DNA from: Geosiphon pyriformis uo1
Lineage: Eukaryota; Fungi; Glomeromycota
Reading direction: 5' to 3'
NCBI GenBank assembly: GCA_016748015.1
Contig: JAAOMT010000439.1
Span: forward strand, 703,527-767,526
Length of the DNA stretch: 64,000 bases
Positions 38,801 through 50,822 of the stretch are shown in pieces. A program made the position numbers and the translations under genes. The first letter of the stretch is position 1. The number at the start of each line of letters is the position of its first letter. Under the pieces are notes generated by a model. The model ran no database searches, was not told where the DNA came from, and saw only the letters and a program-made list of their open reading frames with translations.

Positions 38801-41631
38801 TTTTTGTTTTTGTTTTTGTCATGGTTCTTGCTTTTAAATAACTGCTATCTTCTTTGTTATTCAAACTTAAAACCCAAATGAACAGTTAATAGATAAATTA
38901 TAATTAATCTTGTTTGATTATTAAAATCTTTAATACAAAAAATTAAAGATAATAAACAACTTTAAAGACTCAAATTTAAACACTAAATATTATGAATATA
39001 TCTTATTAAGTTTATTTATAACAATGTAATTTTAATAAAAGCCATTTTAATTCTAAAAAAAGTATTAAATATTAAAATAATAATTATTTATTTAATAAAT
39101 TTTTAATAATTAGTTTTTTAAATATTGTTAAAAACAATATTAAAAAACAAAAAAAAGTAATTAATTTAGTTTTTATTTGATTAATTTTTAAAATTAAATA
39201 ATTTTTAAAATTAATTAAACAAAAATATATTCTTAAATATATTTTATTTTGCTTTTAAAATTAATATTAAAAATTAATTTTAAAATTATTAATTTTTTAT
39301 AACTTAATACTTAAATTGGTTAATTTTTTAATTTAAAAGATTTTAATTTAAGAGTTTTTATTAAATAAAAATTCAATAATAATAGCAAATAATACTTAGT
39401 ATTTGATTTTTTTGGCATAATAACCAGTTTATTCTGGTGTTTTTTACTTTTCTAATAAATAATTTTAGTTTTTTTAATTATATTTTACATTTTTTCTTGG
39501 TATTTTTTACCAAATAATCTTTAATTTATAATTTTAGCACTTTTTAATTAATTAATTAGTAAACACAAAACAAAACAAAATAAAACAAAATAAAATAAAA
39601 AAAAATAAAAAATAAAAAAAATAAAAAATTAATATTTTATTAATAACTATGATTAAGAATTATTGTTTTAGTATTGTTAATAATATTGTATTAATGCTAT
39701 TAGCATTAAATAAAAAAGTAATTAATTTTAATAAAATAAGTATAAATTTTAAGTAATAGATTATTAACTATAGAAATTACTTAATAAAATAAAATTTAGT
39801 TTTTAATTTAACATGTGTGTTTTTTTTGCTTTAATGTTTCTATTATATATATATAAATTGTTATAATATAAAATATTTTTGAGTTATTATTAGAATTTCT
39901 ATATTATATGTTTTAATAATTTATATTTTGTTATTAGTTATTTTATATTATAATTTTTTTGTTTTTTTTTGTTTTACTTTATAAATAATACTGCAAAAAT
40001 TGGTTAAAAATTAATATATTAATTAAAAACCAATTTAAATTAAAATTAGACAATATATTTTTATTATTATTATATAAAACAAGAGAATTATTTTATTTAT
40101 ACTTATAATAAAATTAAATATTATAATTAATATTAATAGTATAAAATTAATAAAATAGCCAAAAAAACAGAAAAAAAGCAGGTTATAAGACACTAAAATT
40201 ATTAAAAACATTAAAAAAATCTTTTGACAATTTAAAAAAGTTGTTATTAAATATAATAGATATATAAAAAATTTACTTTTTGGTTATTTAAACAACAGTA
40301 AAAAAAACCAAAAAAAAGTAATTTAATTACTAATTTTTTATTAAATATTTTAAAATTTTTAGAAAAATAAGAATTATATTAAGACTATTTTATTAATATA
40401 TTTTAAAAAAACTTTTAAAAAAAAAACTTTTAATTAAAGATAAAAAAAGTCTTTTTAAAAAAATAAAAAACTGATTAACTACAATTTTATTTAAAATAAA
40501 TTACTTTATTAATAAAAAATTACTAATTGCTTTAAATAATAATAAAAATAAAAAAATCACAGTTTTTTTATAATTAAATGTTTTATGAGCATAGTTCAAT
40601 TATTATTTAAAATATATAAATAACTTAAGTATTTATAATTAAATATGATTTATTTTTTTAATTTTTATTTTAATTATAATTATAAAATTAGAAAAGAAAA
40701 AAAGTTAAACATTATTACAAATTTGTTTTTTTAATATATTAATTCTTAATATCTCTGTTTTAATTATAATTAATTTTTTATAAGCTCTTTAATTTTATTT
40801 GTATAATAATAATATTATTATTATTATATTAACAGCTTTTTTTAATATTATAATGTAAATTAATTTTTAATTTTTAATTATTGTATATATCTATGTATTT
40901 TTTTTAAAAAATTAATTTGAAATTTATTTGGCAGTAATAAAGTTTTTTTAAGACTATTTTTATAATTATTTAATATATTTTCTAATTTAAAAACACAAAA
41001 TATTAATAATTTTTAATATTTTTTCTAATTTTTATAATAAAGTTTTTATTAATAAATAATCTTAATTAAAGTTTATTTTTTTAAAAAATTCAATTAATAA
41101 ATAATAGTTTTATTTAATAAATAATATAAATAGATTTTTTAATATTTTTAATTGTAGTAATTTAGTTTTTAATATTAATTCTTATTTTTTTTTATTTCAA
41201 AATTTTTTTGGATATTTATTAAAATAGAAGATTAAATTATTAAAATTATTAACTTGTTAAGATTAAGTTATTGAATAAATTGTTGTTTTTTTTAATATTA
41301 AAATTATTATATATAATATATATTTATAGTTTTATAAATAAATATATTATAATACTCTATTTTTAATATTTTAACATAGTATTTATTATTATAATAAGAT
41401 AATATTTGCTGTTATTACAAAATAATACTTGTTGTAAAATTATTATTATACTATATTATAATTGGCTAATTTATTATTTTATAATTTTTTTGCTAAATTT
41501 TTAAATTGTAACAATATATAATTATTTAATTTATTAAATAAATAATATTTATTAATATAAATTTTAATAATTGGTTATATATATAAAATATATAATTTAA
41601 ATATATAATTGTATTATTTATAATATATATA

Positions 41632-43922
41632 TTTTTTTTATTAAGAGTTTAACAAGTATGGCCCAACCATTATCTAGAAATTAGGGTAAACTAATTGATC
41701 CAGAACTAGACATAGTTTATGTACTTTCTACATATAACCAGTTACTCAAACCAGTTCAGGCTATACTATATTAATACATCAGAAAAAAAACTTATCCAAA
41801 GAAAACATCCTTTAAACAACTTCAAATAATATAGCACTATTATTAATTAATCCAACTAATCATTTAGCTGTCTCAAAGACATCAGCCTTTATAGCAGCAG
41901 ATTCATGTTCCCAAAGAAACATCAAATTAGAAAACATATCCTTATCAAAAGATAATAAATTTACATAAAAGCCAGACATATTAATGTCCCCAATACTATA
42001 CTCAGTTTTCAGAGCAACCACTTTTCACTTCAACTTACCAACAGCTCTACTAAAGATATTCATGTGAACTAAAATCTTGTTGACTCTAAAGTCAAGAACT
42101 GAACTTAAAACCAAATTACCATTAACAAATTGTTCAAAAACTTTGACCATAGAGCCAACAGGCTTAACAATAGATTCAACCAAAACAGAAAGCTTGGCCA
42201 AATCAGATTTCAGAGATGTCAGCCAAGAAATCACCAAAGAATCTACAACAGCAACAAGAGAAGCAGCAGCCACCAAAGAAGAAAACTCAGAAAGAACAAA
42301 GGGAACAGATGTCTTTACATAAGACAAAGAACCAACAAAATATGGTTTAAACATCTTAAGAGTCTTAGAAGGGAAAAGTGGAGCAACCTTATAGTCTACA
42401 GCCAAGTGGTCTATCTCTTGACACTAAAAACAATGCCGACAACCAGGAGTTTCCTACAAAATATGGCACTTTCTTAGTGTACCAGTTTTAACAACAGCAA
42501 GATCCAAATCAGCTTGAGAGCCAAATGTAACCAAAGCAAAGTGAAAACAATGACCAGAATCAGAAGATCAAGGAATAAAACAAGACTGACCACCAACTTG
42601 AGAAACCATATTGCTGATTTCAAAAGCAGTGCAGCCAGGAGGAAGGTTAACCAACTTGGCCTTAAACCTATCATGAGACATAATTGTTTCTTGTTGATTT
42701 ACAAGGGGAAGAATCCGAACACTATTTTTGCCCACCAAAACTGACCAATGATTCAAAGTAGACACAGCAGAGTCCAACTTTTCAAAATAAACCACCACGT
42801 ATTGTCAAACACCAACAGGCTTTAGCACAACATGGATAACACTACCAAACACACTGAGAGCTGTCTTAATATTAGCAGCAGACACATTCAAGAGCACATC
42901 ACACAGTGCAACAGCAGCAAAAGGAGAATCCAACTCAGAAACTACCAAAGACTTGACAATTTTGAGAGGAGCCAAATGTACAGAGCTTATAAGCTCAACC
43001 AAAAAAACAGCTTCCAAAGACACTAGAGAAGCAAATTCCACACAAAACAGCTTCATATTGTCTTTTAACACTGACTTTGCACCCAAGAAACCATGCACTG
43101 ACTGAAAAACAGTCTTAACATGAGCCAATTTGATTTTAAATATAGCACCAAGCATCAGAGTAGAGGCCACCCACCCAACAAACTTTTAATGACTAGTAAT
43201 AGTTTCCCAAGCACCACCAGAAGTAGCACCAAAAACTAAAGAAGAAGATGATTCAGTTTCTATTTGATCAGCCCAGTTCCCAAGAACAGGTAACTCAACA
43301 AGAGAAGATTGCTTTGCTTCTAAAACCAGCGACAATCTGCCAGAAGACACCATATTTAACAACACAGCCAGTGGTCAATCTTGGCTCATCTTGGACGACA
43401 TGCTGGATAATGCTATAGAAATCTCATCTAAGATCTTATTGGAAACTACAAAGGAGTTCGGTGTAACAATAGCAAAAACAAGCGACTGCTCTCACTTTTC
43501 TGAACTTTTGGTCTTTTTGACCATTTTTTTTGAAGAAGTGGTGCTAGAAGCACCAGGTGTTGAATCTATAGAAGAGAAAACCAAGTTATTTACTGGTCTA
43601 TTATTAAAAACTTTTGGGCTCTTAGTTGGAGTGAAGGCAACACTGAGACTAACTCAAGTGTGTCTCTTTAAGGGAACTTTGACTGGTGAGAAACCAGCCA
43701 AAGATAAGAAAGTTGCTTTAGTGGCTATTAAAGGCAGCTTATCACGATTACTGGGTAAGGAAAAAGCTTCTAAAACATTCTGCCTAATTGTTTCTACAAC
43801 AGAAAGAACTTCTTTGGTTGAAATTTTATTAGATATCTCAGAACAGATATTAGGTGCAGCTTTTTTACTCTTTGCTTTGGTTGTGGTCATAAAATTAAGG
43901 AGACAAAGAGTCAGATTATGTT
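41632..43922 (-). mobile_element. ORF1-only non-autonomous retroelement (HAL1-like), copy B, best preserved
   Basis: TSD TTTATAATATATATA at 41617-41631 and 43923-43937. A-rich tail; 3' UTR 41648-41765 homologous to the LINE 3' UTR. One ~700-codon decayed ORF (43890->41766) with RRM-like 'FGSVIHVVLKPVGV*QYVVVYFEKL', 'FKAKLVNLPPGCTAFEI', knuckle remnant 'CF*CQEIDHLAVDY' and a coiled coil. No APE or RT. Confidence 0.9.
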
Positions 43923-44998
43923 TTTATAATATATATAAATCTTAAAAATATTATATTTTATTAAAATAAAAAAATAAATTATTTTTATTAAGTTATTAAT
44001 TTTTTTTAAATATTATAATAAAATATAGTTTTTTTATATTAATAAAGAACAAATATTAATGTATATTATGTATTTTATTATTAATAAAACAACAATTAAA
44101 CAAATTAAATAATTATTAATAAATATATAATATTAAAAATCAAATATAATTTATAAATTAAAATTTAATTAATAATTAAACAGCATAATTTTTATTATTT
44201 TTTATGTTTTTGATATATATTTGTTAAAACATAATTTAAAAATATATAAATAATTTATAATTAAACATAAATTATGCTTTTATTAGTATTAGAAATTTTA
44301 AAAATACATAATTATTTACATTAATTTTTTTGTTACTAATATTTTTATAGCCAATTGAAATTTCTAAATTTTATAAATCAATTAATAGTTTTTACTTTAT
44401 TCAAAATAAATATTAAATTTTTATATAGCATTATTGATAATTTTCCATTTTAAATATCTTCAACATAATGATTTGTCTATATTGGATATTAAGCACTTTG
44501 CTATAGATGACATGGATTTTTTGTTAGTATATTTTGCTTGAACTGTCAAAGCTGAATAGCGTCTTTTTTCGATTTTTTTGAGATGAGTAATGTAAAGGAT
44601 TTGGTCCATTTTGAAAAAATATCTGTAAAGAAGTGCGGCCCACCGCAGACGCAAGATTCTTAACCATGCACGAGGCAAAGTCATGTGGATAGCTGCAAGC
44701 CAATGCATTCTGACTTGACTTCTAATGCTCCTTTAGTAGAAAAGCCTTGCATCAGCAGCTAATCGATTCGCCCTTTGAATATTCTTGTTGTTTTGCATGT
44801 TCAAAACCACACTTGTTGAGTGACGTGTTATAAGAAACAACGCGCATCAAAAATAGATGTTATGATAATAATAAATTTGGCGTGATTTTTGTGAAACTTG
44901 GCACATGTTGCTTTAACCTAATAAAGCCTTTGGGCTTCACTTGACTACATAAGGCCGGCTGCGGACGTGATTGTTGATAAGATTTTTCCGTTGTAAAC

Positions 44999-46119
44999 AT
45001 GGAACCTCGCCAAGTTCAAGAAGGCTCAGACATTAATAATCCAATATTTATTTCCTCACCCGGAGCATTTCATAGGATCACGTGTCAGAAAGGCACGCTC
45101 TTGAACGAGCCTATACTAGTTTCTTCTGGTGAAGAAGAAGACGAGGGAGGTGAACTGTATTCACCTCTTGATATATCATTGAATAATAGCCCTAAAGAAA
45201 AGGAAGCTGGCCTATTTTCTCCTCTTGATATCTCATTGAATAATAGTCCCAGAGACAAGGATAATCAAGAGGAAGCTGATCTATTTTTGCCATCATTGGG
45301 CGATTATACTTGGGAATGCTTTTCAGCTGAAAAACACAAAAATGAAGAAGAGAATACATACTTTGATCGTAACGCTTCAGATCATAATCCAAGTTTCCAG
45401 AAAAGGAGCATTTCCCCAGCTCTAGTTAATGTTAGTAAAGAGACAACACCTTTACGAGAACGCAATACTAGTGTCAAGCGACGAAAGTCTTTGGAAACTC
45501 TTGCTCCAAATAATAAACTTCTGCTCTCAAACAACCATAGTAACGACAGAGAGAACGTGACCAGAGACTCTATATCGTCAGGAACCAATTTAGATAACTT
45601 ATCAAAGAAGCCTTTCCGAGTCACTGAAGTCATTCGAAGCAAAAATGAGAAACAACAATTGATGGCACATGAATGCCGCGATTGTACACAGGTGAGACTT
45701 TCAATTTGGCATCATCTATATATGATGAGCTTCTAATGATTTACAAATTTTAAATATTTAAGTATTTCGAAATGAATGGTTCTATTTCACTACCATTTGG
45801 AGTGCATTCAACATCCCATATGTCTGGGCATTCACACAAATCTGAATCTGAAGTATCGCGAAAGAAACACCTTCAAGTGGTATCTCGTCATCGAGCGCGA
45901 TTCACTCGTGCCCCAACACCACCGGGTTTTTGGAAAATAGGATTTGATGAAAAAAATACAAAAGAGGAGCTTTTAGATTTCAATCGTAAGAGGGAATTAG
46001 AAAAGTTAACAGAGGATGAATGGGAAATGGCCCGAAGGAAACGAAGTGTCGCTCCATTTGGCACCAGGATCTACGGCAGTCATTCATCGAGTTACAAGAA
46101 TCGAGAGAGAAGAGGCTGA
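44999..46119 (+). CDS. ctp1: Ctp1/Sae2/CtIP-family DNA end-resection factor (2 exons: 44999-45691, 45763-46119; ~349 aa)
   Basis: GT-AG intron with CTAAT branch point joins 'EVIRSKNEKQQLMAHECRDCTQ|YFE' (CxxC) to 'VSRHRARFTRAPTPPGFWKIGF' (RHR and TP..FW.xF motifs of the SAE2/CtIP C-terminal domain). Confidence 0.9.
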
Positions 46120-46611
46120 GATATGTGTTGATGAACGGAGAAGGATTTTTTATCCGATAATTTTCACAAAAACCAATATTGCTTAATGCCAACTTCTTTC
46201 AATTTTACATGAGAATGTTTCAATATTTATGATACGAATCATTGATAAAATTCCCATTTAAATAACCCTCTTTGAGCATTTTCATATTCACCTCTTTACT
46301 TTGTGCTCTTTTTCTGACATTTTGCATGAGATATCCAATTTGGGCCCTTTTCTCGTAGCAAGCAGAGATTTTATATTCTAGGAAAACTAACCCAAATTTT
46401 TCAGAAATGAACAACCCTTTCTATATATATATTGCTTCAATTATCATCTAGTTTGCTTAATGTACTCTTTTATATCATTGTAAAATAGTTATAAATTTAT
46501 TTCTCAATATATTATTGCAAACACTGTTTAAACAACACGTAAAGGAATCAATTGTTTCTCATTGACATTATATATTTCATTCAAGTACTTTGCATTCTTT
46601 AAACTATGTCT

Positions 46612-48678
46612 TCAGATAAAGTCCACTCGAATTTTATACACAGCCCTTAATGACCTACCAGATAGAGACATTTGCGGTTTATGATATTTGCGGCCATGTT
46701 GCTCTCCCCACTTTTTTAAAACATCAAGACTACCATTACCCGAATCTGCAGGGCAATGCCAATAAAAATGACTGAGCTCTGCCTTACAATCTTCCAAGAA
46801 GGTCTCTAATGTTTCAGCGTTGAAAATCCATCTTGTTAAATCCAAGTATCGCATTGTAGAAGGAAGGAATGAACCCAATCTCTTCATGACTTGATCAGCC
46901 GCGACTAATCGATTCCATGAATCGGCTGCAATAACCAATCTCTCGAGTTTCTGCGAAGATCTTAAGAAATCCATAAGTTCTTCGATAGTGGATTCGGTTT
47001 GAATATTGCTAGTTAGAGAAATAATGTTGGGACAATATAGTGCAAGAATCGAAACGGTGCCGCTATAGAAGAAGTCATTAACATCTAATAAGATTTCTTT
47101 TAATTGAAATCCAGACTTTTCAATCAGAAATTTCAATTCAGCAACCGGGGGATCTTCCTCTTCATAAACATCTTCCCAATCATATTGGTTATCGACAAAA
47201 TGAAAAGTGGTGAGACATGGAAAGCGGACATGAGTCAGAGGTAACATCAACACACTTGTCAATTGAATATTGATCAGCTTGAGTGTCTCTAGATTTTGAA
47301 AAGTTGTCAATACCTCAATTGGGTCTCTATTTAGGAAGTAGCCACGTGCTAATTCTAGTTCTTTTAAAGAGTCTTTTTGACTTATTAACGAGAATACAAT
47401 TGGGGATAAGTTATTGTATCCTGCGCTATAACTTAATCTGCGTAGTTTTTGCTGAGCCGAAATAAGTATCGCAGTCTCGACAGTAGTATTGCTACCTTCG
47501 CATTCAGAAATTTCAATTGCATCTAACTCACAGCAAAAGTTTTGGAGTTGCCCTATGAAACTAGACAAATATCGATTGCCAACATAGTGGAATTCTGAGA
47601 GCCGTTTCATACAGGCCTTGAATTCTGAATATTGCAGCATCTGGGTTACATACTCAGCAACGTTGATTGGCTGCATTCTTCTGATATAGGTTATATCCAG
47701 ACTCAGATAATCTATACGCGGGGAATGCTGAAAAAACATTTTACATATCTCTTGTGTGAATAATATTTTTTTTCGTTCAGCCTCTTCCCCAAAGTTTATT
47801 TCATCAGAATCGTTCACCGATTCCTCTTCATTCAAAGTTAGCGCGGGAAAATCTCTATAAAAATCTTCAGATTCCTGGGAAATATTGTCATCAAATTCTT
47901 CGTTCGAAATATACGGATCTTCGTATTCATTTATTTCTGGCCAGGACAGATTCGGAAAAGTTGAAGACTCATCGGCCAAATTATATGATAACTCATGTTT
48001 AATCGCAAAGTCTCCCTCATTTAGCCAGGGCGGATTTTGATGTTTAACTTCCAGATTATTTGCCGGCTCACACTCGACGATATCATCGCTCCAATTTTCT
48101 TCCCAGTCAGTTGTGATCTCACCTTCCTGTTTCCAATCACTTTTCTCTCCCGAGCGAGTCGTAGTCTCACCTTCCTGTTTCCAATCACTTTTCTCGATTT
48201 TTTCTCCCCAATCCGTAATTTTCGTTGAATTCCCTTCCTCTTGCGCACCAATAATTTCAGCCCCATTTTCGTAAAATGGAGAGAAAGATGAAATATTGGA
48301 CACATCTGATGACCATCTTGTGATCAAGTGATATAATTTGTAGAAGTCCAGTTCGCGTATAAAAGATGGATAATCAAATAAAGGTGGATTTTTATAAATT
48401 TTCATAGTGACCATATCGATATCTAATTGTTTTTTGATACTATCATTGAGAAAAAATGTGTAGATGTAAATAATTTTAGGATTAATGGTTGTTTTGAGGG
48501 TGATTGGTTTTCGCCAAAGTATTGGGACCACAGTGGCGCACCATTCTCGGTTCACATAAAGTAAGGATGTTAGTGTTATGAGGTCATCTTCGGGTATGAA
48601 TGAGAATATCTTTTCCAGACATTCATGAGGCAGATATGGGATGCTATGATGTTTTCTTTCTAAAGTTTCTTTCGCCAT
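46612..48678 (-). CDS. F-box / RNI-like leucine-rich repeat protein, single exon
   Basis: N-terminal F-box 'LPHECLEKIFSFI..DLITLTSLLYVNREWCATVVPILWRKP', then 'PLFDYPSFIRELD', then LRR-like repeats (LKELEL, LETLKL, LERLVI, MRYLDL). Confidence 0.9.
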   Translation of the reverse strand: MAKETLERKHHSIPYLPHECLEKIFSFIPEDDLITLTSLLYVNREWCATVVPILWRKPITLKTTINPKIIYIYTFFLNDSIKKQLDIDMVTMKIYKNPPLFDYPSFIRELDFYKLYHLITRWSSDVSNISSFSPFYENGAEIIGAQEEGNSTKITDWGEKIEKSDWKQEGETTTRSGEKSDWKQEGEITTDWEENWSDDIVECEPANNLEVKHQNPPWLNEGDFAIKHELSYNLADESSTFPNLSWPEINEYEDPYISNEEFDDNISQESEDFYRDFPALTLNEEESVNDSDEINFGEEAERKKILFTQEICKMFFQHSPRIDYLSLDITYIRRMQPINVAEYVTQMLQYSEFKACMKRLSEFHYVGNRYLSSFIGQLQNFCCELDAIEISECEGSNTTVETAILISAQQKLRRLSYSAGYNNLSPIVFSLISQKDSLKELELARGYFLNRDPIEVLTTFQNLETLKLINIQLTSVLMLPLTHVRFPCLTTFHFVDNQYDWEDVYEEEDPPVAELKFLIEKSGFQLKEILLDVNDFFYSGTVSILALYCPNIISLTSNIQTESTIEELMDFLRSSQKLERLVIAADSWNRLVAADQVMKRLGSFLPSTMRYLDLTRWIFNAETLETFLEDCKAELSHFYWHCPADSGNGSLDVLKKWGEQHGRKYHKPQMSLSGRSLRAVYKIRVDFI

Positions 48679-49622
48679 TTTGTCAAAAATTCCCTTTAGT
48701 AGAAATTACAGAATGATGGAAAAGGATTTAGAAAGGATCACCATTCGCTTTTTGGATATCTCACTCCCCTTTATATGTGATTTAATGAATCAGCGATAAT
48801 ATTTTTAGTAAAATTCGAGCCTTTCCATGTGTAAGATTTGAGAGTTAGTCAAATAAAATACAGCGCAATTCACAGAGTTCAATCATGAACCATTACCTGT
48901 AACTTAAATCTTTAAATTATATGATTAGTTGTGATTAGTTCGATTTACTAGAAGATAATTGCTAAATGGTCAAATTTGTAGAGATCATTTAATCGTAAAC
49001 GCCTATTTTAAAAAAGTTGGTTATTTTTGTACTTTGTTTTGGCCGTGTGATTATTGTGCTTGATTGGCCAATGGCGACCAAGAGGAATATTTTTAAATAA
49101 TTATTTTTAATCTTTTATGAACTGTGAAACTATTTAGAAGTACAATGCGTGACCGATTGCATTCAATCCAAAACTCAAGTTTTAGTTTTTAAAAAATATT
49201 GACAAAAATAACGAACGAGTTAGAAAGAGGGTGTTTTCTTTTTCAAGCTTGAATTTCACACTTCCTAGTCAAGTTATTTATTATTCAACGTCTTTTTTAA
49301 GTTTAAAATACGCGTTTAACAACCCAGAAGGACATACCCACAGTACAAGTTTTATTTGGTCGAGCTTTTCACGTAAGAAACATAATCATCAAAACGATAA
49401 AAGGAATTGTACGTTTAGCTTTTGATGTGATTATAGAAGAGAATAAGACAACTAAAATGAGAGGAAATTCCTTCACTGAGTTTTGGCCAGTGAAATTTAG
49501 TTTCTTTATACAGTCTGGGTTTTTTATTGGGGTCGTTTCACTCAAGATAATGATATTTGAACTTGACAGGAAGACAAAAGCTGAATAAGAAATTTTGTGT
49601 CGATTCTCTCAATTTTTTTGAA

Positions 49623-50822
49623 ATGAGTGACTCGGAGGAGTCTGGCCGTGATATGGATCCAAATATTGCCTCGGAAATCTTCAACAAGACTGCGGAGGTG
49701 GGTAACAACCTTGTTTGTATAAGGTCAATGGTTGCCAATTTTTACAATCTTTAAATTCTATTATCAAGTTCGTGAGTAGTACTCATATTCCCATTTTAAA
49801 ATACTTGAAAGGTGATTCGAGCTTATGATAATGCGTTTGGGGCATCTGTAAAAGCATCCCAAGCATTTTTTGACTTGCAAACAATTCTACCGCCATGCAT
49901 GCGTATGGGAGTAATAACTGGGATCCCACCGACAAGTGGAATGGAATCGGCTTCTGGTGAACAATACATGATTCCTCAACCACCTACATTATTATCAATT
50001 CCAACACAAATACCAAAACCGTCAAAAGTTACCACAAATAAAATTCCTTCTAGCACCAAAAAAAAATCACGCAAAGTTCCTTATTCAAAATCTAAACCTC
50101 TTCAGCCTTCCGGGAATTCTGCTGCCACTGCAATGATAGGTGAGCCATCATCTTCATCTTCATCAACCACTTTTGAGGTCGTGAAGAAATCCAAATCCAG
50201 ATCATCATCATCGAAATCGAGAGGTTCAAAGTCTAATAGCGGAGCCGATAATGTATCATCAGCTGAGCTTGATCCGGATGAACAAGTTTTATACGAGGCG
50301 GAATTGCTTGCTTCGTTTCAGACTTGTTATGAACGTCGTATTACGCATGATAAGATTTCTCAGAAACAATTGGCTCACGAATTGAATAATCTTTCGAATG
50401 GTACCACTGCCGTAGTACAAGGTACAATGTCTAAATTAATTCGAGGTATCGCAGTGCCAAAAGATACAGCAATAGTTGCCGCTCTCAAGAAATGGATTGT
50501 CCATGAGAATTCGAAAGCAGCAGAATATGCTCAAATAGAACAAGAGAAAGAGGAGAAAGAATATCAGGAATATAAGGAGCATAAAGGGAGTCAGAATATC
50601 AAGGATGAAGATGAGGAAGAGGAAGAGGAAGAGGAGGAGGAGGAGGAGGAGGAAGTTGATGATATTGAGGAAGTTGAAGATATTGAGGAAGAGGAGGAGG
50701 AAGAGCAGGAGCAAGAGGAAAAAGAGGAGGAGCAAGAGGAAAAGGAAGAAGAGAAAGGAGAGGAGATTAACGGGGATATTAAAGAACAAGAAGACCAAGA
50801 AATGGAGGAAGAGGACGATTAA
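49623..50822 (+). CDS. Putative DNA-binding protein with lambda-repressor-like HTH and acidic tail (exons 49623-49697, 49812-50822)
   Basis: A phase-0 GT..AG intron joins MSDSEESGRDMDPNIASEIFNKTAE to ORF 49812. K/S-rich middle; 'RRITHDKISQKQLAHELNNLSNGTTAVVQGTMSKLIRG'; E/D-rich C-terminus. Confidence 0.75.

Larger units (their letters stand above)
34880..41616. mobile_element. AT-bleached nest of retroelement relics
   Basis: Almost devoid of G/C. Contains a readable gag frame (38191-38800), a 24-bp tandem repeat (~36999-37105) and a segment homologous to 9116-9276/15933+ (39369-39690). Confidence 0.7.

Noticed and set aside
44460-44708. 82-aa minus-strand ORF upstream of ctp1 (similarly 58268..58516, 34249..34446, 30213..31967)
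   Set aside because: Short, no recognisable motif, compatible with chance ORFs.
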